The notes beneath the pieces are model-generated. The model was not told where the DNA came from. It saw nothing but the letters and a program-made list of their open reading frames with translations, and made no database searches. Shown here one piece after another: positions 18,888 to 27,835 of a stretch of 64,000 nucleotides of DNA. The stretch covers positions 3,456,001-3,520,000 of the forward strand of contig OY829846.1 of assembly GCA_963691875.1 (NCBI GenBank), in the 5' to 3' direction. Each line of letters starts with the position of its first letter. Within the stretch, counting starts at the first letter, position 1. This stretch comes from Aureliella sp. (GTDB lineage Bacteria > Planctomycetota > Planctomycetia > Pirellulales > Pirellulaceae). Both the position numbers and the translations under genes were made by a program.

Positions 18888-20297
18888 ATGCGAAAAAGCA
18901 AGACATGCTGGCTAGCTTTTGGTCTTTCTGCTCTTTGGGTTTACACACTGCTGCCCACCAAATCGGCTCTGGCTCAACCAGGCATGGGCGGAGGTGGAGG
19001 CCAAGCGGGTGCACCTGCATTCGTAAAGCCTGAGTTTCGTGATCGTGTATGGGAAGAGGGCGGACCGCGCATTCTAGGCTTGCGAAGTGGCAAACTGGTT
19101 CGTGCGATCGAGATCGTAGGGAATCAGACGATTAGCCGACACAAAATCCTGTCCTACATGCAGACTCGTCCTGACCGAAACTTTGACGAGAAACTGCTGC
19201 AGCGCGACATTCACAAACTTTACAGCACGGATCTCTTTCGCAAGATCGTCGACTCGACTGTTGAGAAAGCCGATGGCGTCTACGTGAAGTTGGAAGTGCA
19301 AGAACTGCCGACAGTTACCGAAGTTATATTTCACGGCAACCGAGCATTGAACGAAAGCATGTTAGTCAAGCACTGCGGAATCAAAGCCGGTGACCCTTCC
19401 AATCCTTTCGCAACTAACATGGCACGCCAACGGCTAATCGACCTGTACCTAGAAAACGGATTCAATCAGGTCGCGATCGTAGTGAAAGAAGGCGACAAAG
19501 CGGGCGATCGACGCATTTACTTTGATATTGCCGAAGGTCCGAAGGAACGCATCTGGAGTATCGAGTTCATCGGCAACAGCAGCCAGTTCCCAAGCGCAAT
19601 CCTAGGCACCAAGATCAAATCAAAGAGTGCGAGACATGGTGCTACAGCTTACATCTTAAATGTCGCGAACCGCAATCAGATTGAAGAAGACAAGAACACG
19701 CTCGCGTTGTATTACCGCTCGCTTGGCTACTTCCAAGCGAGCGTTGATTATCAAGTGAAATACTACGATGGCGGCGAGTTCCTCGATCTGAAATTCGTAA
19801 TCAATGAAGGACCGCGATTCAAGATTCGCAATGTTTCGGTGACGGGAAATCAATTCTTCTCAACCGAGACTCTGATGCAAGCTCTAGAGTCGAAGCCTGG
19901 CGAGTACTTCCACCTCGGAAAGATGCAGCGTGACCAACGCACGATGCGAAATGAGTATTACGGTCGCGAAGGATTTGTATATGCGGACATCGTGCCAGTA
20001 CCAACATTTTTGGAAGAGCCGGGCATGCTCGATATCGTCTATCGCATTAGCGAGGGTGACCGCTATCGAGCTGGTGAGATTCGAATTCACATCGCAGGTG
20101 ACTCGAGCCACACCAAGCACTACGTGCCGTTAAGCCTGATCGGAATCCGGCCTGGTGAGTTCATCGACCGCAGAGAGGTAGAGCTATCAGAAGCTCGCCT
20201 AATGCGATCTCAAATCTTCGAAACCAATCCTACTATCGGCGATCCACCAAAGATTGAAATCGGCTCACCGATTTTTCAGAATCAGAACCAACGATAA
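18888..20297 (+). CDS. POTRA-domain protein (BamA N-terminal half), secreted
   Basis: Signal peptide; repeated POTRA signatures (IEIVGN, VIFHGN, IEFIGN, YRSLGYFQASV, EGPRFKIRNVSVTGN, GFVYADI, ISEG); no barrel. Confidence 0.88.
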   Translation: MRKSKTCWLAFGLSALWVYTLLPTKSALAQPGMGGGGGQAGAPAFVKPEFRDRVWEEGGPRILGLRSGKLVRAIEIVGNQTISRHKILSYMQTRPDRNFDEKLLQRDIHKLYSTDLFRKIVDSTVEKADGVYVKLEVQELPTVTEVIFHGNRALNESMLVKHCGIKAGDPSNPFATNMARQRLIDLYLENGFNQVAIVVKEGDKAGDRRIYFDIAEGPKERIWSIEFIGNSSQFPSAILGTKIKSKSARHGATAYILNVANRNQIEEDKNTLALYYRSLGYFQASVDYQVKYYDGGEFLDLKFVINEGPRFKIRNVSVTGNQFFSTETLMQALESKPGEYFHLGKMQRDQRTMRNEYYGREGFVYADIVPVPTFLEEPGMLDIVYRISEGDRYRAGEIRIHIAGDSSHTKHYVPLSLIGIRPGEFIDRREVELSEARLMRSQIFETNPTIGDPPKIEIGSPIFQNQNQR

Positions 20298-20369
20298 GCA
20301 CCTTAGTTGCCTTCATGGCGATTGTGACTCCGGCAAAGGGATTTGCTGGATGACTAGCAAGGAAGCGTA

Positions 20370-22079
20370 ATGCAGAGTTTGAGTCGTTACCGACACATAG
20401 CAACTTGGCAAATCCCCAAGCAGAGCAGGGTAGGACGAGGCGTGAAGACCTATATCTTGCTCTCTTTCTTGACCTGCGCGTTGACGACAACATCCGGGTG
20501 CCGAATCTTTCAGACGCCAAAGCTTGACCTTCGAACGAGCACGCTCAAGCCGCTGACGGAGGACACATCAGCAAGCGACGACAACAAGAACACTTCGGCC
20601 AGCGGCCAAACGGAGGAATCAACTACAGCTGATGTGCAGGCAAAGATCCGCGGTCAGTCGCCTGATTCCAGCACGCCCAATCGCTATAGATCATCAACTT
20701 CAACGGCAACTGAACTCCCTGGACTGCCAAAACAAACTCAAGTCGCTCAAGAGGAGCCAGTTCAACCACTTTCATTCCAAGCTACCCCTTCCCCATCGAT
20801 AAACTCCGGTTCTAGTGGCAGTTCACGAGGAAACCCGCACTACGGTTACGGCTCCCCAGCCGCCAACGGCTCACCCAGCACTTACCAAAGCACCATCGCA
20901 CCAGGCGCAGTTGGAAATGATGCTGGCGATTCGATCGCTCCTTTTGCCACTTCAGACCTGAACATCACGGCTCCTGAACCAGTCTATCAACCTCGTGAAC
21001 GAGTCGTTCCTATCGACGTGTTCGTTCAGGAAGCTCGAACCGGCCGAATCATGGTCGGTGGTTCGGTCAACAGTGACTTGGGTGTCGCTGGTCAGTTGAC
21101 GATCAGCGAGCAGAACTTTGACATACGCCGGATTCCTCGCAGTTGGGAATACCTTCGGAATGGACGCGCCTTCAAGGGCGGCGGTCAGAATTTCCGGTTG
21201 GAGCTGATGCCAGGTAATCGTGTGGAGCGCTACACCGTGTCTTGGACCGAACGGAACTTGTTCGGTTACTTACCGTACAGTGTTTCTGTCGGTGGCTACT
21301 ACTACACTCGCCAGTTTCGCGATTGGACTGAACAAAAACTCGGTGGACGATTTGCGCTTGGCTACGAAGTCACGAAGGACCTGGCGGCGAGTGCCGAAAT
21401 TCGGATGGAAGACGTCAAACTCTTCGACCCGCGCATTACGGGAGTCAGCGAACTCGACTCGGCTCTCGGCAGCAACGATCTTTATACGGCGCGATTCCGA
21501 GTTGCTCGAGACACACGTGACAGTCCATTTTTGTCATCGCGCGGTGCTTACTTTGAGATGGTCTTCGACCAAGTCTTCGGCGAATACGATTACCAAAGAG
21601 GTCGAGTTAATTACTCGCGCTACTTCACGATGCGAGAGCGGCCAGACGGAACGGGTAAGCACATTCTAGCTGCGACTTGGAAACTTGGCTTCACAGGATC
21701 ACAGACGCCGATCTTCGAAAACTTCTTCGCTGGCGGTTACAGCACATTGCGAGGCTTTAGCTTCCGCGGTGCGGGACCGGTCGTGAATGACGTGCAAGTC
21801 GGTGGTGAATTCATGGCTTTGGGTTCACTCGAGTATGTCTTCCCGCTTACCGCGGATGAGATGCTGCGTATGGTCGCCTTTGTAGATTATGGAACGATCG
21901 AAGAGAACATCGAGGTGAACAGCGAGAACTTCCGAGTCGCACCTGGACTGGGACTTCGAGTGACAGTTCCCGCTTTAGGACCAGCTCCGCTCGCCTTCGA
22001 TTTCGCTTATCCGATCAACTATGCTGATAACGACGACCGCCAGATCTTCAGCTTTTTCATGGGCTTCACCCGGCAGTAG
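20370..22079 (+). CDS. Omp85/BamA-type beta-barrel protein with lipoprotein signal (alternative GTG start at 20442)
   Basis: Lipobox TTTSG-C, low-complexity linker, then DTRDSPF, FFAGGYSTLRGFS (VRGF-type motif), SLEYVFP, FVDYG, GLGLRV and terminal FSFFMGF. Confidence 0.9.
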   Translation: MQSLSRYRHIATWQIPKQSRVGRGVKTYILLSFLTCALTTTSGCRIFQTPKLDLRTSTLKPLTEDTSASDDNKNTSASGQTEESTTADVQAKIRGQSPDSSTPNRYRSSTSTATELPGLPKQTQVAQEEPVQPLSFQATPSPSINSGSSGSSRGNPHYGYGSPAANGSPSTYQSTIAPGAVGNDAGDSIAPFATSDLNITAPEPVYQPRERVVPIDVFVQEARTGRIMVGGSVNSDLGVAGQLTISEQNFDIRRIPRSWEYLRNGRAFKGGGQNFRLELMPGNRVERYTVSWTERNLFGYLPYSVSVGGYYYTRQFRDWTEQKLGGRFALGYEVTKDLAASAEIRMEDVKLFDPRITGVSELDSALGSNDLYTARFRVARDTRDSPFLSSRGAYFEMVFDQVFGEYDYQRGRVNYSRYFTMRERPDGTGKHILAATWKLGFTGSQTPIFENFFAGGYSTLRGFSFRGAGPVVNDVQVGGEFMALGSLEYVFPLTADEMLRMVAFVDYGTIEENIEVNSENFRVAPGLGLRVTVPALGPAPLAFDFAYPINYADNDDRQIFSFFMGFTRQ

Positions 22080-22171
22080 CTCAAGCTCTACTTAGTGGGA
22101 TTCGCCAGAACTCCGCTGCTCAATTGCTTTCACTCGATGATCACGACATTGCGACTGCGGTACCGGAAGCC

Positions 22172-22216
22172 AGCCAGGCCTTGATGCCAGCCGGCCGTTG
22201 ATAGCCGGCCGTTGAT
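22172..22216. repeat. Three near-tandem 14-bp repeats (AGCCGGCCGTTGAT)
   Basis: Exact copies at 22189-22202 and 22203-22216; degenerate copy at 22172-22185. Confidence 0.7.
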
Positions 22217-22653
22217 TTAAGTGAGCCACATGGTCGTCACGTGCCGGGGTAGGCTACCGATCATCGCAAGACAAGCTGTCAGGCACCAACGAGTAAAACT
22301 GCAACGTCGGATCTCGAAGTGAAAAACGAGAGCTTGAGACGCCCCGCAAATACAGATTGCTCGTTGGCGAATGGCTCTGATGGCGGATTATGACGGGATT
22401 CGTCTCTGAACGAATGTTCCCCCGTGTTCGTCGGACCGACTTGGCACCCTGATGCGTCTTTCTGACTGGCAAATTGTACGCCAACTCTCACTGCTCAACC
22501 GCATCGCATTTGTAGTGCTTGTGCTGATGCCCATTTTCTGAAAGAGACGCTGCGCCCTGGATAATAACGCTTTTCGCATGACAAACAGGAACGCCATCCG
22601 CCAAAGCGCCGGCGCCCGTCGGCTGGGCATAAAACAATTTCATCCATGGAGTG

Positions 22654-24594
22654 CTATTTCACTGTTGCTTGCGGCGGTCCATGATCGGCGGTGATGGTTT
22701 GAGCGAAGGCGAGTTTACCTGTGCGTCCTTCGTAGTACTGCAAGATGACCTGTGGATGTGGATAAGCGACCAACCGCTTATCACCTTGCTTTTGCGGCAT
22801 GTTGAAGACATTGTTGACCTGGACGACGCAGTAGTAAGGATAGCATCGCTCGAGACGTGGAATGTCAGGCAGAATGTAACTCGACCAGCGGATGTCACAC
22901 ATTCGCTCGCCTGACTGGTACCAACCCGTCGCCGGTCGATCGTCCTCGTCGTTGGCCGGAACATGATTCACAGAATTGTGCGGACCGCAGCAGAATTCCC
23001 AGACGCGATCCGTAACCTTGATCGCAAAACTATTGTGCAAGTCGCCTGTCATTACCATCACTGGCTTTCCCAATCCATCCCAGAACTCGACTAACTTTTC
23101 ACGTTCATCTAGAAACGCAACCCAAGCCTCCTCTTTGTTGGCCTCGTCGAACTCAAATCCACCTGCGCCGCTGTGCGGGATGAACATGGGAACACTCGAA
23201 ACCACGAAGAAAAATTCTGCATGGCTTTCTTTCATCGAACGTATCAACCAATCTCGCTGCTTTTCGCCCAACATAGACAGCCCGGGTTTGGCTGGTTCAC
23301 GAATATCGTGCATCTGACGGTGACTGCGCGTGTCGAGCAGAAAAATTTCGCAGTTGCCAACACTGAGCTTGCCGAAGTTGTAGCGACCGATCGAATAGGC
23401 TGACTCCTTGGTTGCAGCAGCTGGCATGTGAAGCCGTAGCGTGTGCGCATCGACAACTTCCACGATATCGTAAACCCGTGCGTTAGGATCGCCGCTATCA
23501 TCATCGTACTTGATGTCGTTGACGCCTGCAGTCTGAGTTCCCCAGTGCACATGCAAGTTCGATAACTCGTCTAAGCTGAGCTTCGTAAAGTCAGCCTTGG
23601 GATCTTTTAGTAAGTTGCTTCCCTTAGTAAATTCGGCCACGCCAAAATGCATTTTGCCCGAGTGCTCAGTGGGATTGGCCCAACCGAGATAGTCATACCA
23701 AGCTCTTGTGCCAATGTCTCGGAACACCGTTCTCCGGTGGCGGCGTCCAGCACTGCCTGCTCCCCAAATGTCGTTGACCAGCTCGTGGTCATCGAACAGG
23801 AAACAGCTTGGCGTATTCTGATGCCACTCCATGAGCGGAACTCCGCGTGACATGTAAAGCTTGTAGTTTTCCCAGACTCCGACGATGCTTGGCATGGACG
23901 TTACTTCAACTGGAACCTCTCCAGGCTGGAGCTGATTCTGTGCAATCCATGTGCTCGGTGGTGTGTCGCGAAGCTCTTCGTATAGCCAGTCGCCGTTCAT
24001 GATATGGAAGTCGACTTCGCCAGCCAACTCACGATTCATCGTATGATAAAGTGGCAAGGAATGACCAATTCCGTGCATCGGATTCTGATTTGCACAGCAA
24101 CCAATCTCAAACTTGAAGTTGAACAAGCCAGATGGGTTGTACTTTGGTTCGGCAAGCAACTTCTGACTTGGCAGTGTTTTGAAGGAGTTGACTTTGCCTT
24201 GTGGGAAGTCTGAGATGAAGACTTGGTAGAAGTAACGCGTGTCCGGCGTGAGCTCCTTGAGTGTTACCGAGCCTGTGCAGTCATCGGCCAAAGCAGTTGG
24301 ATTGGTGGAAGCAACTTGATCGAGCTTGAGGGCATCGCTGCCGTAACGAACTTCAAAGGCAGTTGGTTCTGAAGTTCTGGCCCAGACACGCATCGTGGTC
24401 GCGTCGGGATACCCCAGCATCGGACCATGAGTCATCGTTGGCGGATTATCAGCTAGGCAGGCTTGGCCTGTAAAAACACCTAGAACAATAAAAGCTGTCG
24501 CAAGGAGAGAGGAAAACCCACGTGTTCGCTCACGCGGATTGTGGCTGGAATCCCACGTGGGGTTGGGGAGGCGAGTATTTGGCTTTAGCAGCAT
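22654..24594 (-). CDS. Alkaline phosphatase D (PhoD) family metallophosphoesterase, secreted
   Basis: HGPMLG..VWART FN3-like N-domain; NGDWLYE, DDHELVND, LDTRSHR, MLGEKQRDWL and TGDLH motifs. Confidence 0.88.
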   Translation of the reverse strand: MLLKPNTRLPNPTWDSSHNPRERTRGFSSLLATAFIVLGVFTGQACLADNPPTMTHGPMLGYPDATTMRVWARTSEPTAFEVRYGSDALKLDQVASTNPTALADDCTGSVTLKELTPDTRYFYQVFISDFPQGKVNSFKTLPSQKLLAEPKYNPSGLFNFKFEIGCCANQNPMHGIGHSLPLYHTMNRELAGEVDFHIMNGDWLYEELRDTPPSTWIAQNQLQPGEVPVEVTSMPSIVGVWENYKLYMSRGVPLMEWHQNTPSCFLFDDHELVNDIWGAGSAGRRHRRTVFRDIGTRAWYDYLGWANPTEHSGKMHFGVAEFTKGSNLLKDPKADFTKLSLDELSNLHVHWGTQTAGVNDIKYDDDSGDPNARVYDIVEVVDAHTLRLHMPAAATKESAYSIGRYNFGKLSVGNCEIFLLDTRSHRQMHDIREPAKPGLSMLGEKQRDWLIRSMKESHAEFFFVVSSVPMFIPHSGAGGFEFDEANKEEAWVAFLDEREKLVEFWDGLGKPVMVMTGDLHNSFAIKVTDRVWEFCCGPHNSVNHVPANDEDDRPATGWYQSGERMCDIRWSSYILPDIPRLERCYPYYCVVQVNNVFNMPQKQGDKRLVAYPHPQVILQYYEGRTGKLAFAQTITADHGPPQATVK

Positions 24595-24790
24595 CCTTGA
24601 AAACTCCGGCGATAATCAAGCAAAGTGGACGAACAGCTTCATTGGTCTTTTGCCTGCAGCAATGGGATTTGCTGGATCTCGGCCATTCTTGAGCAACAAG
24701 TTGAGTCAAGCAAAGCTGGGTTTTTCCGTGTATGTTGACTCGTATCGTAGCCCGAGTGGCGGGTAGAGTCAGGTAAATGCGGCGGATTCC

Positions 24791-25534
24791 GTGCCTTGTT
24801 TTAGGACTTTTTCTGCCAAAAACACCTCACACTTCGGAATATCTATCAGGTTCAAAGGCTCTTTTGTGGGTGATGCATTTCCCAGCGACGATCCCTCCCG
24901 TGGTTCGGACACGGATGGCTCCAACCCCAAAGGTGGAAAATCGGCTCCTCAGGACTCTTTTATGCCTGCATTGGAAAGTGCTACAAAAGTATCGCAGCAT
25001 TGCTTGCCTGTCAGTGGCTCGCAATCGCTCGATCCTGAGAGTTCCGAGTGGACAGCTGACCGCCGACGGGAAGCAGTTGAACAGCTGATTGAGACATATC
25101 ACGCAGACGTATTCCGCTATTGTTTCTGGCTCAGCCATTCGCGCGAGCTGGCCGAGGACGCGACCCAAGAGACTTTTCTGCGGGCATTCAAGGGAATACA
25201 TGGCTTGCGTGATGCTCAGGCGGCAAAGGGCTGGGTACTACGCATCGCTCGCAATGAGGTTATTCGAACTCAGACTAAGACCAAGGGAACTACCCTGGAT
25301 TTAGATCCAGAGCAAACGGAAGCCCCTCAAGAAGGCGGTATCGAGAACGTCGAATGGGTGCAACGCGGACTGCAGCAGCTCTCGCCCGACTTCCGACTTG
25401 TGCTGCTCTTGTACTATTTTGAGCATCTGAGTTACGCTGAGATTTCGACGGAACTTGACATCCCGATCGGAACGGTGATGAGTCGCATTAACCGCGGCAA
25501 GTCACAGTTGAAACAATCCTTGGAGCAAAACTGA
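24791..25534 (+). CDS. ECF RNA polymerase sigma-70 factor (true start may be downstream)
   Basis: Region 2 AEDATQETFLRAF..WVLRIARN; region 4 LSYAEISTELDIPIGTVMSRINRGK. Confidence 0.93.
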   Translation: MPCFRTFSAKNTSHFGISIRFKGSFVGDAFPSDDPSRGSDTDGSNPKGGKSAPQDSFMPALESATKVSQHCLPVSGSQSLDPESSEWTADRRREAVEQLIETYHADVFRYCFWLSHSRELAEDATQETFLRAFKGIHGLRDAQAAKGWVLRIARNEVIRTQTKTKGTTLDLDPEQTEAPQEGGIENVEWVQRGLQQLSPDFRLVLLLYYFEHLSYAEISTELDIPIGTVMSRINRGKSQLKQSLEQN

Positions 25535-25565
25535 TTAGCGGAAGCTCGCAGTTCGTTGACGAAAA

Positions 25566-26309
25566 ATGGTGCACGAAGTAAGAAAAGAAGAACAGTTCGA
25601 AGAAGCTTTGCGGGCAGCCCTACATGGCTTGGAGCCTCCCGCTGGCCTTAAGGAACGTTTGCAGAGTGCGGTTCGGGGTCAAGCGCGCGATGCTTCTCCA
25701 AGTGACGTCACTGACGAGCTCGACGATAAGACGCTCAGAGCTGCCACAACACAAGTCTTCGAAGGCAGCGAAAAGCTAGACGAAAGTTCGGTGACGGTCG
25801 AACCCGAAGACTCGAGCACCGCACTTTCTAGCTTCACCGATCGTCGAAACGCATTGGTTGCCGCAATGGTTGCTTGCGTGGCATTGTTGGCAGTTGGATC
25901 GTGGTGGAATGCTTCACCGTCGAAGGATCAGATTGTCGCCCTCTGCTTAGATCAAGCCCAAGCATCTGGAGAGGAAGTGGTCTGGGAGAATGCACAGTTA
26001 TCACCTGAGCTATATTCGACACTGAGTAATAATTCAAGTTTGCCCGTCCGCGGAGGGGCCTTTGCTTTTCGGAAGGTCGATGCTGGCCAGCTAGGATCGG
26101 GGGCAGAAATTTGGCGACTCACTGGCTCGCGAGGCGAGTTTTTCGTCATGACTCTAACAAGCAAGAATAAGATCGACGGCCTATCTCCCGCCTTGAATAT
26201 CGTTCAAAATGGCACATGGTGTGTTGCCGCGATGCAACGTGGAACTCATATAGTCATCATCGCTTCGGTTGAAAATCTTTCCGAGTTCATTCGACGCCAA
26301 ACTGCGTAG
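25566..26309 (+). CDS. Putative membrane-anchored anti-sigma factor
   Basis: Directly downstream of the ECF gene; LEPPAGLKERL cytoplasmic motif, single TM after RR, periplasmic C-domain. Confidence 0.7.
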   Translation: MVHEVRKEEQFEEALRAALHGLEPPAGLKERLQSAVRGQARDASPSDVTDELDDKTLRAATTQVFEGSEKLDESSVTVEPEDSSTALSSFTDRRNALVAAMVACVALLAVGSWWNASPSKDQIVALCLDQAQASGEEVVWENAQLSPELYSTLSNNSSLPVRGGAFAFRKVDAGQLGSGAEIWRLTGSRGEFFVMTLTSKNKIDGLSPALNIVQNGTWCVAAMQRGTHIVIIASVENLSEFIRRQTA

Positions 26310-26380
26310 CCTCAAACGCTATACTTGCAGAGCTCACTAAGGAGATTCTTTTCTGCCTCCTGAATGTTCACTTCGATGCT

Positions 26381-27787
26381 GTGAGTCCACCGATGAATCG
26401 TGCACTTCGATGCTTCTCTCTACTTCTTTGCCTGATCGCTTGTTCAAGCCATCTTCGCGGTCAAGATGAACTTGGGCGACCCGTCCGGTGGGTTGTCGGT
26501 GGCCATTACTTCGATGTCGAAACCGGCACCTTCCGCCCGAATTTGGGGATCGAGATACGCGACAGCAAATTCCACCAACTGTCTGGCGAACCGGCTGAGC
26601 AAAGCGAGACGCTTCAACTGCAGGACGGCCAGTTTCTCTTGCCGGGCTTGGTCGACTGTCATGCGCACTACAACGTGCGATTGATCAAGAAGCGGCGCGA
26701 AGAGTTCCGGTGGATGCCAGTGATCTACTTAGCCAACGGTGCCACGGTGACTTTCTCCTGTGGCGAGTTTGATCCTGAGCGCATGCAGGACCTTCGCCAG
26801 CGGATTGAATCCGGCGAGCAAATTGGACCAAAGTTGCTCAACAGCGGTCCTTACTTTGGTCGCGCTCGCCCTGGCTGGAGGCAGAAACCGGAAGAGGAGA
26901 TTCGTCAGGAAGTGGATTTTTGGGCCAAGCAAGGTGTCGGCGGCTTCAAAGCCAAAGCCATCGATCCGAAGTCGCTAGAAATCCTGATTGACCAAGCTCA
27001 CCAACATGGCCTGACAGTCACCGGGCACCTAGATTCAGGCTACCGCAACTCTGTCAATCCGCGCGATGCGGTCAGCATGGGAATCGATCGCGTGGAGCAT
27101 TTCCTCGGGGGCGATGCGATGCCCGACACTCAGTCTGCTTACGCTTCGTTACAAAATATCCTGTCGGGAACGCCAGAGTTTAAGAAGATCACCGAACACT
27201 TCATTGAAAACGGAGTCTACTTTGACTGCACGCTAACGGCGTACGGCTACCTGGGGGAAACGACACCGGAAACGCATGAAGAATACGAGTACTGGATCGA
27301 CGAACGCCAGTTCTTCACGGATTACATGCAAGGTATTGCGGACAAGCGACCACCCATGAAAGGCATGGAGATTTACCAGCAAATCTACAGGGCAAAGCTC
27401 AAGACGATTGCAGATTTCCATCGAGCCGGCGGCATGATCACACTCGGGACAGATCATGTCAGCAACGGAAATCATCTACCCGGCTTTGGTGTCCACCGGG
27501 AACTGGACGCCTTGGTTCGCGCCGGCATTCCGGCTCGTGACGCGCTGCGGATCGGAACCATCAATGGAGCGAAAGCTCTGGGAATCGCTGATCAACATGG
27601 CAGTATTGCGATCGGAAAGTCGGCAGACCTTGTGGTTATCGAAGGCAACCCCTTGCACCGGATCCGCAACACGCGAAATGTTCGACAGATCGTCAAAGCA
27701 GGCGTGGTCTACGATGCGGCTGCTTTGCTGATATTAGCGAAAGGTAAACTCGGCCCAGCGAAAGAAAGCGAAGAAGAGGCTTGGTAG
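26381..27787 (+). CDS. Amidohydrolase family protein, secreted
   Basis: LPGLVDCHAH, VTGH, RVEH, LGTD and GSIAIGKSADLVVIEGNPL. Confidence 0.92.
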   Translation: MSPPMNRALRCFSLLLCLIACSSHLRGQDELGRPVRWVVGGHYFDVETGTFRPNLGIEIRDSKFHQLSGEPAEQSETLQLQDGQFLLPGLVDCHAHYNVRLIKKRREEFRWMPVIYLANGATVTFSCGEFDPERMQDLRQRIESGEQIGPKLLNSGPYFGRARPGWRQKPEEEIRQEVDFWAKQGVGGFKAKAIDPKSLEILIDQAHQHGLTVTGHLDSGYRNSVNPRDAVSMGIDRVEHFLGGDAMPDTQSAYASLQNILSGTPEFKKITEHFIENGVYFDCTLTAYGYLGETTPETHEEYEYWIDERQFFTDYMQGIADKRPPMKGMEIYQQIYRAKLKTIADFHRAGGMITLGTDHVSNGNHLPGFGVHRELDALVRAGIPARDALRIGTINGAKALGIADQHGSIAIGKSADLVVIEGNPLHRIRNTRNVRQIVKAGVVYDAAALLILAKGKLGPAKESEEEAW

Positions 27788-27835
27788 GTGACATTCGATG
27801 GGCGGCTCGTACACCCAAACAGGGTAGGGGGAGGC

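Noticed and set aside
20298..20369. Single sequencing error splitting bamA
   Set aside because: There are multiple in-frame stops in the gap, and the second gene has its own RBS-like sequence and lipoprotein signal.
22172..22216. CRISPR array
   Set aside because: Repeats are 14 bp, essentially adjacent with no spacers, and there are no cas genes.
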